Of a DNA stretch of 64,000 nt, positions 35,741-46,949 are shown piece by piece (position 1 is the stretch's first letter; every line of letters begins with the position of its first letter). Made by a program: the position numbers and the translations under genes. Below the pieces are notes generated by a model. It worked only from the letters and a program-made list of their open reading frames with translations. It was not told the DNA's origin and did not search any database. Source of the stretch: Mobula birostris. Lineage: Eukaryota. Location of the stretch: NCBI RefSeq assembly GCF_030028105.1, contig NC_092379.1:28451821-28515820 (forward strand), in the 5' to 3' direction.

Positions 35741-36727
35741 AGACAAAGAGCTATACTGCACAGAAAGAGAGAGTTTGGCCCAATTCGACCTTGCTGACCA
35801 AGTTGCTTTACATTGATAATCCTATTTGTTCAAGTTTCGCCACATCCTTCACGTAGTCCAAATGTCTATTGCCTTTAAAAGTTTTCAAATGTGGATATAT
35901 ATCTAAATATATATAGCTATATAAGTAAATATATACATGTAAGTATATACCTCAAAGAGGTACCGAAAGGGATTACGTCCCTGACCTCACACGACATCCG
36001 AGGACGAACGTGATCAGCCCAAGCGATTTTACATTGATGTGCCAGATGTTCTCGAGTACCCAGGTTTCTGTAATGTGACCTCTTCTTGCGACATTAGTAA
36101 CATTCTGATTTCTCCACGATAACCTTTTTTTCAGACATTTGCACGTTGTCATCTTAGCAACAGTCTTTAGAATGCGTCGACCCCGAGACATTTGCTCACA
36201 CACACACATCGCCCGCGCGTTTTCTCACAATGCTGCGAGCGCAGCACACCAACGAGATACAGTTGAAGATGTTTGATCAGATTACAAAAATGGAACCCGC
36301 GAAACACCCGTATTGGATGTTGCTAGAGGCCAATACTTACATCCCATGTAGATGACCTGGAAGCGTAATTATGCACGTTGCTAAATTAGTTCTGCTCCTA
36401 TCTGAAGCTACAATCTGCTTTATCATGAATACTACCAGCCGGTTACCTGAGACAGACAACATAACTAGCCGTCAAGGCGATGGCCATGCGCTATGAGATT
36501 CAACATCATGAAGCGCTTCGAGTGGCCAGTCACGGCACGCATAACTACAAATTGGGAGACTTCAACCTCCCAGGGAACTTCGGTCCGTTGTAGCTATCTA
36601 CGTGGAAACAAGTATGCTGAACAAAATTTTAAGGATGCTACTCTTGTCTCAGGATGATGAAGGCATCTAATCGTTGCATCACCCGTCCCGTTTTTCTCGA
36701 TGCCCACTGTCTCCCTGCATCACTATG

Positions 36728-37018
36728 AGATCCATGGCGTAGAGGTAAACGTCGAATTCAACTTGAGAGCTCCACAGGCATTCAGAGGAGCCACTTGGCT
36801 AACTTTCTGCAAACTAGCGGAAAATCTCATCTGATATTCCGGAGACCGCTCGAGATTTCGTAAACCATATACGAAATTTTGGAGAGTCTCGTGATGCTAG
36901 TGTACCAAGCACTGTTTGCAGCAGTGTCATTATGATTACATGACAGTCTTAAGGCCGACGACCTTGCTCAGCCGTTATTTAAGAGAGTGTTGAGTTACTG
37001 AATCGTTCGCTCTCATTC
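36728..37018 (-). pseudogene. V pseudogene lacking leader
   Basis: MRANDSVTQHSL..AWYTS..RFSASLQKVSQVAPL..YLYAMD. RSS CATAGTG (36721-36727) + 23 + AGAAAAACG (36689-36697). The leader is replaced by a short Penelope fragment (~37050-37112). Confidence 0.88.
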
Positions 37019-37140
37019 CTTCAATAAAGGTCAGAATTCAAGAACATAGTAACATACAGAAATGCTGGAGGAACTCAGCGGGTCAGGCTGCATCTCTGGA
37101 AAGGAAGAAACAGCCCGCCGTCTTTTTGCGGCAATGCCGT

Positions 37141-37440
37141 CTACATGGCTTTGAGATACACAGGGGTGCTCGACACGAGAGCTCTAGCGATATGGAAATG
37201 AGACGTTTTGTTATATTGCTTCAAACTAGCTGCAAATCTATCTGGACATTTGTTGAGTGGCTCCACCTTGTCTGGCGTATGTTTCTGCTACAGATATTAT
37301 AGGGATTACGTACGATGCTGAATGTAGCAAAAATCATGTGCATTAGCGATTGTGTAATTACAGTTAACTTTTCTGACCGCCTGAATTCATCTTCAGCCAC
37401 TAATTAAATAGAATTCTGTATCACGGAGTCTCCGCACTCC
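37141..37440 (-). pseudogene. V pseudogene with heptamer and most of spacer deleted
   Basis: GDSVIQ..LNCNYTIANAHDFCYIQHR..NKCPDRFAASLKQYNKTSHFHIARALVSSTPVYLKAM*. Only 9 nt separate the V end from a nonamer-like GCAAAAAGA. Confidence 0.87.
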
Positions 37441-38392
37441 CCCCGCCAACCCCCACTTCTCTCTCTCTCTCTCCCTGTCTCTCTCTCTCTCACTCCAACT
37501 CGCTGTGCACACAGCAATGGGAGCCATGCGTTACTGGTTCCTGCCTCTCCACCTACATGTTTGCAGATAACACCACGGTGGTGCGATGTGACTCCAATAA
37601 CGATGAGACGCAGTACAGGAATGAGAAAAAGAGTTTAGTAACAAGGTGTCAAGAGGGCAGCCTGCAATGAATGTCAACAAACCAAAAGAGCTGCACAGCA
37701 GAGGGCGAGAGTGTGCAGAATTCTTTTGGAATGAACATCACTGAAAACACGTCTATATCCAACTACGAGCAGGCCACATCCGGGAATACTCCGCAGTGCG
37801 TCGACTTCGACAGAGGCTAAAACTATCTGGCACGACTTTCCATCTTCAACAATTGATATCAAGGCACCATAGAAGCAACCTATCCAGATTCATCATAGTC
37901 CATTCTGCACTATCCGATAGAGCATAAATTGCAGGCTCGTGGGTACAGCTTAGCACATCACAGAACCCAACCATTGATAACCTTGGACTCTAAAAGGTCG
38001 TCTCGCAAATTCGGTAAAGAGCCATTGTAAACAAAAACCGATCCGCTCCACGCCCATTCCATGATGCAAGTGCTTCTGGAATTAAGCATTGAGGAAGCTA
38101 CTGGGCATATTTTTGCTGCAGTCGGGATATTGACGAATCTCACAGAATTACCTTTCAGGTACCCTGTGAATGCGTTGCATGTCTACTATTTGGGTACGTG
38201 TTGAATTCAAGAACTCTTGCAAGCCTGGACGCTTTTACTGCTTTTTCTGCCCAGCGGAGCCAGTGACTCTCGCAGATCTCTGGTTACGCCACTTATAATT
38301 TCTCGGCAAAACGTACGTTTTAGTGAGCGCTTATGATATAACCCATGGTTCATTTTTGTGCAGGCCCGTGGTCACCCCTCTGCAACAGTACG

Positions 38393-38827
38393 CGCTCTGT
38401 GGTACAGAGACACATTGCGGAGTCCGATACAAGAGCTTCAGACATACCCAAATTCCAACATTTTCTCGATGTCTTTCTGCAATCAAGCAGTAAGCATGAC
38501 CGGTTCTTCTGCAGCTGGTTCTATTTTTCCTGACTTATATACCTTGAAGAAGTATTCTGGGGATTCTCCGCGATGCTGAATGTACCAGAAAATGCGTGCA
38601 TTACCGCAGCTACATTTGCAATTCAGTTTGATCTACTGGACGTGCTCAACGGTCATTTCTCGCGTGTCCTTCGCGACTGAATCTTTCCAACTTATTCCTT
38701 CAGTCCAGGATAAAATGGATGAACAGCACCGTCTTATCTGGAACCAACAGGACACGCACTGTCTGCCTTTACAGAAACTCAATGGGAAGACGGAAAAGGT
38801 AATCATTAAGGAGCAGAGGAACCTCAT
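38393..38827 (-). pseudogene. V pseudogene
   Basis: Leader MRFLCSLMITFSVFP with defective donor. V exon 38393-38697: ISWKDSVAKDTREMTVEHVQ*IKLNCKCSCGNARIFWYIQHRGESPEYFFKVY..VSDSAMCLC. Stops, a frameshift and a degenerate RSS (nonamer 38351-38359). Confidence 0.9.
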
Positions 38828-39481
38828 CCTTTCTGGTTGCTGCACATACCGAAAGGCACATTTATTTCAAGAAAATAATGCTACTGGACTGATATTGGAC
38901 GGTGAAATCAGATTCACTGTACATTTAATGTTCTGTAATCTTGTGATGCTTTTCTCTCTCATGGATTGGCTACGAGCACGAAGCTGGTCCTACGTGTGCA
39001 CAGATCAGAATAGAGTTGTTTCAATCCCTCCGTTTATTTCTCCTTGTTTTTATGATCCATTATCTCTCGCTTCTATCCACTCGCTTTGGTTCTAGCTCTT
39101 CCGACAAACTTTCTCTCTCGCGTTCACTCTTCGTCAATTCTCTCCATCGGCAACTCGTTTTTTTTTTTATTAACAGTCTCTCCCTCGCTCCTCACTGAGG
39201 TCTTTCTTCTTCTATGGCTCAACATATCACTCCGTCCTTTCCCTCATTACTTCTTCCATCTCTCATCTCTCTTCTACGGGCTGCACGCCATTCCTCTTTC
39301 TCCCTTTCTATTACTCTTCCATTCCCACTTGTTCCCCTGCCCTCAATCTCATCCCGTTCTGTCGCTCTATCCCTCTCTCTGCTATCATTGCTTTCGGTCT
39401 ATCTCTGTTGCCTTCATTCATTCGTTCACTTTCTCTCATTTCTCAGGATATCCCTCTCTATATCTCTTGACCGACTTCTTG

Positions 39482-39916
39482 CTCCTTTGCAGACAATATT
39501 ATTTCCTTCAGTTCCTCTGAACCAAAACCCTATCTACCTTCAGTCACATTTCGCTCTCGGTGTGAGTGGGGAGGATATAGAACTCGGGAATGAAAGCGAA
39601 TCTCTTATCCTCTTGTATCTGGAGATGAACATTGTAAACACTTGTTCGATGATTTTCCACGGTGTTAGACGTACCACATAGAGGTTCTGATATTTTGCCG
39701 AGTACCTGCAGCTCAGCGACACTGCTGCTCTTCCTCGGTCATTAATTCCCTCGAACCCGGGGTCGCCGAATCTGGCCCACTCGTACCTCTAACAAATCCC
39801 GATGTGTGTCAGCGATACCGGACAACACAGACCTCGAATGACAGGTGTTCACAATTAGACATGGACTCGCCAGGCTGAGCAGCAATCGGGATCAGCAAAT
39901 TGCACAGAAGGCACAT
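39482..39916 (-). pseudogene. V pseudogene with divergent FR3
   Basis: 46-nt leader 39871-39916 (MCLLCNLLIPIAAQP, GC donor), 84-nt intron, TSGPDSATPGSRELMTEEEQ/VSLSCRYSAKYQNLY/WYV*HRGKS. Frameshifts and no RSS. Confidence 0.8.
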
Positions 39917-41078
39917 GGTGTCCTATTCAAATTCAAAGGAACATCATGAAAATGTTGCCGCGATTGAGGCGAATGGGTCCAACTCAGAACCTTCAGTCGG
40001 TTATCTGTTCAAGTAGTGGGGATGATGGACCAATCAGAAAAAGCATTTGCTATTACAGTTTATCTCCGTCCTTTCCACGCGTCCTTCATCTGTTGTCAGT
40101 TTCAAACACCCCTCTTTCTATTTTCCGTTATCGCGTTCTCTCTACGTTCTCTCTCTCTCTCTCTCGATCTCTCTCCCTGAGTTCCTTCTTACTCCCTCCT
40201 TCCCCTTCATCTTATCTCTCCCTTTCTCTTCCTTGCCCTGATTTGCTTTCTCCTTTTTTTTATTTTTTTTTCTCTCCGTCTCTGACCTTAACATCTTCCG
40301 TATATCTTTTCCCTCCGCTCTTTTCGACTATGCTCTTTTCCATAGATACTGCATTGTCTATCCTGTACCTCCAGCGTTATGTGTGCTGTAAAGAATGCAA
40401 ATGAATCTCCATTGATCAAATACCTGGTCGATTCCCTGCGGCTGGCGACAATAATACCGTAACTAGTCCTGGTAATATGGATGACTGTTCACTGTCAAGC
40501 ACCTCGGTGACACCTCTCGCGTTTTCTCTCATTGGAAACGCTTGGGATAGTTAGGGCAAAGGAACATTGATAGGATTCAGAAAAAGCAAAAGTAAGGTCA
40601 CAGTATATAATAGATACTCCTAGTACAAACTTACAAAACAAGAATTAGATCCCCCTTGAATTCTTATTTGAGGACCCGATAGCAGAAAAAAGATGAGTAC
40701 AGCCTGCGACAGCGGCTAGTCGGTGATACATCTCGCAAAATAAAAATGGCTTCAGTTAATGTGATTAGAGAGAATGGACGCGGTGAGTGCTATCACATAA
40801 TGGGGAGAAATTGAGTCGTTAAGAACAGATGGGGATAGGGAAACGGATAAGACACCGATCTCTCATGATCTTGAATGTACCACTGACAAGATCTTCCAGT
40901 TTCCGATTAAGTACCACTCAATGATACTGTCTGCCCTTCTTCGATCATTAATTCTCTGGGAAAGTGGATCACGAAATCAGCCCCACTTCCTATCTGTAAC
41001 AAACCCGTGAGTGTGTGAGCGGCGACTACTCACACTGACCAGGTAAGGCACTCGCTATTCCAACAGACGGAGCTCTAC

Positions 41079-41115
41079 TTGTCAGAACAGCAATGACAAT
41101 GAGCATATACCACAT
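41079..41115 (-). other. Orphan V leader exon with promoter
   Basis: MWYMLIVIAVLT + A|GTAGAG. CCAATC at 41266 and a TC tract at 41300-41520 match other V promoters. No V exon follows. Confidence 0.5.
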
Positions 41116-42049
41116 TAGGAACTTAGTGTCCGCATTATTTTCAAGAGCGGTACATTTTGATAATATTGCCCTGATGGAATAGAACCGACAAAGATTATGT
41201 GGGCAATAAACGTCATTTTCTCTGCATCTGACTGGTTGCTTGCTCAAGATGAGTGGATTTTAAAACCAATCGGAAACTATATATGCTACTACAATGCTCA
41301 TCGGATCTTCTCAAACGTCCTCCTCCTGCTTTCAGATTCCTCTCCTCGCTTCTTTCTTTGCTGATACTACATCTCTCGTATCTCTCTCTCTCCCTATGTT
41401 TCTAACTTCCCTCATTCCCTTCTTTCCTCTGATTCTAACTCACCCTGTCTCTCCCTCGATCTATCGCTGTGCCTCTGTCCGTCTTATATTTCTCCCGAAT
41501 CTCTGATACGACCTCTCTCTAGTTTCCTTCTTCTTTAAACTTACGTCACTACCTGCCCCTCTACACCTGCACAATACCTGTCTCGGAATCCGATCGCTCT
41601 TGCTTTCTCCCCCAACTCTGGCAGTGTTTAGTGTTTGCGAGTTTTTAGAAACATAGAAACAGAGAAACAGAAAACCTATAACACCATACAGGCCCTTCGG
41701 CACACTAAGCTGTGCCGAACATGTACTTACTTTAGAAATAACATTGGGTACCCAGGTTTTCTTTAGCTTTTCATGCGGAGGTGGGTGATGTTTTTTTTTT
41801 TCTCCAATTACACTATGTTTAATTGTATACTAAGGCCATTTGCAGAAGAGACACATTTCAGAATTGCATTCTATATACTCACATTGATGGTAAAATGAGG
41901 CTTTGAAATTTTGAAAAATTGAAGATATATAATAGTTAATGTAGCCCAGTGTTTTTCTCTGCCTTTATTTATCAAGTATTCCATTGTAATACTGGCGAGG
42001 AAACACATTTTATGACACATTTGTTGATATTAACTCCGGTTCTGCACAT

Positions 42050-42700
42050 TTCAAGTGCCTCGGTGTAAGCAGGCGGTACAACCACGTTGACGCCACGGCC
42101 AACATACCTCAGCAGAACTCTGTATGGCATACTACTAAAGAAGTTTGGTATGTCGCCATCGGTACGTAGAAATATTTAACGATGCTTCTCGTCTTGGTAT
42201 TGCAACCGCTCTGCCCATGGCTACAGGACTCTGCAGAGTTGGAGACGCATCTGACAAACCAGCCTAATTCCATGAATTCTGTCGCGTCGGTGAAGCCGCC
42301 ATCTGAAATAAAATAAAAAAAGACTTCATCAATCCCGGATATTCTCCCATCTCCCCACCTTTACCATCCGTTCTTCCATGGGACAGAAACAAAAAACAGT
42401 GGAAACTCGGACTACAAGTCGCAAGTGCAGCTACAGCACTCTCGAAAGAACATTGAATGGTTGCAAGCAAGATCAGGTGCACTCTTCACTTCGCAGCATA
42501 CATGACCATGGCTCTTGTACCTTGCAGTCTAACTGTACTACACATTCTCGGTATTTAATACTTTATTCTGTGTCCTGCTGTTGTCTTACCTTGAACTACT
42601 TCAATGCAGTTTATAACAACCTAACTGAAAGCGCAGTAGATGTTGCTGTCTCAACCAGGGTTTTTTTTTATATTTTGTAAAGAAACTTGTTTTTCGTTGT
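42050..42700 (+). mobile_element. Rex1/Babar-type LINE 3' fragment
   Basis: Decayed ..ctaaagaagtttggtatgtcgcc.. RT C-terminus followed by a typical 3' UTR. Recognition from recalled consensus, not a search. Confidence 0.55.
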
Positions 42701-43689
42701 CCTTTTGTCTCTGAACTGTATTTCTCCGTGTCACCTCGTTCCTTTTCATTGTCTCTGAATTGCTTACCGTTTATCGGTTGTCTTTCGATGTGCTCTGGGT
42801 GTACCCTTTGCTTTGCACATGTCTCATTTGGCACTAAGGGGATTGCTAACCTCTCTTTGTATTTATCACTTTTCAAAAAACAGGAACTTTCAATTAGTAA
42901 GACATTTTCAACGTCTGTAATGATAGTTGTTTGTGTGGGGGATGATTCCTTTGCCTGGGCACTTGTGTTACAGAATACTACGAATTTCCTAAATGCTCCA
43001 GGGTGTATTTCGCCGGGAGCGGTTGGTGGGGTATTTGCTGCCAACCCCTCTTTGCTAGGTGCCTGTTGTTCCTTGTCGGGTGGCACTCCGGCCGAGATTT
43101 TCTGTGTATCAGGATTGATTTTAGCTCGTCAAGATTATATACAGTTGCCTGAGCTCTTATTCGTTTTTTTCTTGTTATTTTTTGTAGTAACTCTTTACTT
43201 TTATTTTAATTGCTGAGGTCACGGTGATTCCTGTTTTTGATCCCTGGTGACCCACACAGCGGCAAATTTTTCACAATACTTTTGTATGGATGACAATATT
43301 TACCACAAATCTAAATCTCCTCAGACTCTCTGTCTCGATCACTCAAAATGATTGTTAATTATATCAAATCGTCTAATCTGTATTTTTTTTTCGTTTTAGT
43401 AGTTAATCGTTCCTCAGACACATTGCACCTGAAAACTTCACGTATGTTGATTGTAGCAAAACATCGGATGTTTGTTAGAAATGTAAAAATCCAGTATGTC
43501 CACAGTTCCCTTACTCAAGATGTAATGAGTCGAAGATATCTAGCAGAGCGGTAAATGGCAATTTCCACCAAAGTTGTCAACAACAGGCAGGGGGAAAAAA
43601 TAGAGCGCCGTATCCCATTACATGTACCTCGCTGAAGTCCCTATTTGCACAGGGACACTTTTATGAGTGAAAACTGGAAGTCTGAAGTT

Positions 43690-44950
43690 CAAAGGTTAAA
43701 GTACATATATGACACTTTATATTGCCCTGAAATTCTTCTTGCAGGCATTCACAATAAATGAAAAGAAACACGATAGAATCGAAGAAAATCTGCAACGACG
43801 AACAAACATCCCAGATGCAACCGGCCGCAAATTAGAAACCATAGAACCATAGAAACTACAGCACAGAAACAGTCCTTTTGGCCCTTCTTGGCTGTGCCGA
43901 ACCATTTTCTGCCTAGCCCCACTGACCTGCACACGGACCATATCCCTCCATACACCTCCCATCCACGTATCTGTCCAATTTATTCTTAATTGTTAAAAAG
44001 AACCCGTATTTACCACCTCGTCTGGCAGCTCATTCCATACTCCCACCACTGGCTGTGTGAAGAAGCCCTCCCCCCAATGTTCCCTTTAAACTTTCCCCCC
44101 CTCACCCTTAACCCATGTCCTCTGTTTTTTTTTTCTCCCCTTGCCTCAGTGGAAAAAGCCTGCTTGCATTCACTCTATCTATACCCATCATAATATTATA
44201 TACCTCTATCAAATCTCTCCTCATTCTTCAACGCTCCAGGGAATAAAGTCCTAACCTATTCAACCTTTCTCTGTAACCTGTTTCTCATGTCCCGGCAACA
44301 ACCTTGTAAACCTTCTCTGCACTCTTACAACCTTATTTATATCCTTCCTGTAATTTGGTGACCAAAACTGAACACAATACTCCAGATTCGGCCTCACCAA
44401 TGCCTTATACAACCTCATCATAACATTCCAGCTCAATACTTCGATTAATAAATTAATAAATTATGCAAATATAAACAAGAAAAACAATCAAAATGATGTA
44501 ACGAAACCCTATGTCAAAGACATTGAGAGCAAGAGTTACAGCGTCCAAAGGCTGAATCCATAGGCTGTGGAAACAATTCATTGTTGGAGTGAGTGAAGTT
44601 ATCTACTCTGGTTCAAGAGACTGTTGGGTGAGGGGCTACAGCTGTGTCTAAACTTCAGTGCATCTAAGTCTCATGTGCCTCCTTCCTGATGGCAGCATGC
44701 AGTGGGGAGCATGATCTAAAGGTGGTAGTTCTTTATGATGGAAGCTGTCTTCCTCCTTGTTCAATGGTAGGGCGAGCTTTACCTGCGATGAACTACGCTG
44801 CATTCACAACTTCTTGTAGGCTTGAGGAATAACTTCTGTCGCTTGGGCAGCAAACTTAGTGCCGAACACTTAGATGTCTATGGTGACCCTCAGTAATTTG
44901 TGCGTGTATCATTTCTACTTTCACTGCGACGTGTCCTGTACTGAGAGCCT
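43690..44950 (-). mobile_element. Rex1-type 3' fragment interrupted by a CR1 3' fragment (43833-44440)
   Basis: Flanks align to 54930-55480. The insert begins ttagaaaccatagaaccatagaaac (CR1 tail). Confidence 0.7.
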
Positions 44951-45437
44951 ATTTAAATACAAAGGACATATTTCGTAATCCATCTCCAGAATCCATATTA
45001 TATTTAATTGTACGGTTTCCTGTACTTCTCCGAAGCAGTGGGTATACCTCACTGGGCATTCTGTACACTGTTTCATCTCTCTTAACTCACATATCTTCAC
45101 TCTATATATAGGAGATCCCTGATGATGCTGGGTGTTCAAAAATATATATAAATATTGGGACTCGTGTCATTGCCGTTCAGTTTTATGGTCTGTTCTTCCC
45201 AGGTCAGTCATCTCGCAGTCTCCTGTGTCACTGAATCGTTTGCCATCGTTCCATCAACAAAGCACATAGCAGCCAAACTCCTCAGGACTGTGCTTGATCC
45301 TTGGAACATTCAGGAACAACGCGGGGTACTCGGTACAACGACTCGGACAATTTGTAATGGCGACGTTAAAAACGTTTCGGGAAAATTCAGATAATAATCC
45401 TGATCAGCTGTGATTTGTGTGCTCTCTGGATTTCAAC

Positions 45438-46169
45438 TGTCACGGACCTCGTGACGGGTTAAAGAACCAGCAGAAATGGGAAACACTTTGGAGTCCAGTA
45501 TTTCTATTAACTAATGGTGTTTATTAGTAACATACGCAACACAGTAATATAAAATCAGATATATAAAACAGTTAACAATGATTATAAATAAGTAAGTGTG
45601 GAAATATATAAAAAACAAGCTTCTTCAAGTCTAGGGGTAAATAGATATCTTACGAATATGAGTAAAGGTCAGTTCAGTTCGTGGTATTGAGTCGAGTAGT
45701 GATGGAGAGAGAGAGAGAAAGCAGGAGAGCTTTGAGTCTTCAGGTGAGCTGACGCCGTCGATTTTCCCGTTGTCCTCCGAAATCCTTTAGAAGTCACTGA
45801 CTGTGACCACAGCAAAGGGGACTGTTCTTCCGTGGTGGTATGATCAACCCAGTCGAGGGTTGGACCCACGAATAACTCCCCCTGTCACATCCTTTCCACA
45901 ATGCGAGAGCCACTGATCGATCCTCCAAAACTACAACTTTTCCGTGGGCACAACAAAGTTAATTCGGTGTCCAAAACCATGTGTCTGTAGGTCTAACAGC
46001 TGACCGTCTTTTTATCTCACGGTGCTGAACGGCAACTGTCCATCTAGCAGCCGCTCCCTTCTCTCTCTGTAAGAACTTGGAAGCTGACAGTGTCCTTGTA
46101 GAAAGTATAAACAAAGTGTGACCAGTCTTCGCCTCTCTCTCTCTCTCCCTCTCTCTCTCTCTCTCTCCC

Positions 46170-46207
<38 letters not shown>

Positions 46208-46315
46208 ATCTCTATCTCTCTCTTTTTAAAACGATGTCTGTGTTGAGCAACTCTCTCGCTTTCTCTCTTTAAAGGTATAGTCCATTAAAAATATGATCCC
46301 TAGGGGAACTTAACA
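45438..46315 (-). mobile_element. Solo LTR
   Basis: Starts TGTCA and ends TAACA. Flanks caac/ctac are a possible degraded 4-bp TSD. Reverse-strand polyA signal near 45523 and an internal (TC)n expansion at 46125-46225. Confidence 0.65.
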
Positions 46316-46573
46316 CTACCATATGTGTAAGATCTCCGCTTTAACTCCACATCCTGCATCGGTCTCTTTCTCTTTCGTATCTCAACTTTTACTTCCCTCC
46401 CTCTCCTTCTCTCTTCGTTTTGTGCCTGCCTTTCTCGTTGGCATTGCTGGTCCCTCTTTACTTCTTCTCTTGACCTCTCCTTCGACTTCCTCTTCTCCTT
46501 TTCCTCTGAATGTCTTAATGTCTTTCTCTACAATTGTTGTTCGCTTTCTCTACCTGTCTCTCCTGATTTCTTC

Positions 46574-46615
<42 letters not shown>

Positions 46616-46949
46616 CACCTCTCTTCCTCAATCTCTCTTTCTCTAATTGCTCCTTTCTCTGCCAAGATTACTTCACCTGCTGCTCTTTGAAACGAGAAAT
46701 TTCCTCTAAGAGAGAGATAATATTGACTGGATCCATTGGGTATCATCTGCTTCAAGATAACATTCTAGTGAAGCAACTCTAGCTCATGATCGGTATGATG
46801 AGTTGGCTGAATGATTAAAGATGAGAGCTACTTTCTCAATGCGCTCTCGATGCACGGACTCGAACTCCAACCTTTTCGATTGATGTAATTTCTGATTTTT
46901 CTTTTCGGTCCATTATATTTTTCATTTTCAAAGTGTAATGAATGAAGAG

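Noticed and set aside
38031-38039. Perfect nonamer ACAAAAACC on + strand
   Set aside because: No heptamer at 12- or 23-nt spacing (cggtaaa / tctcgca) and no adjacent gene segment.
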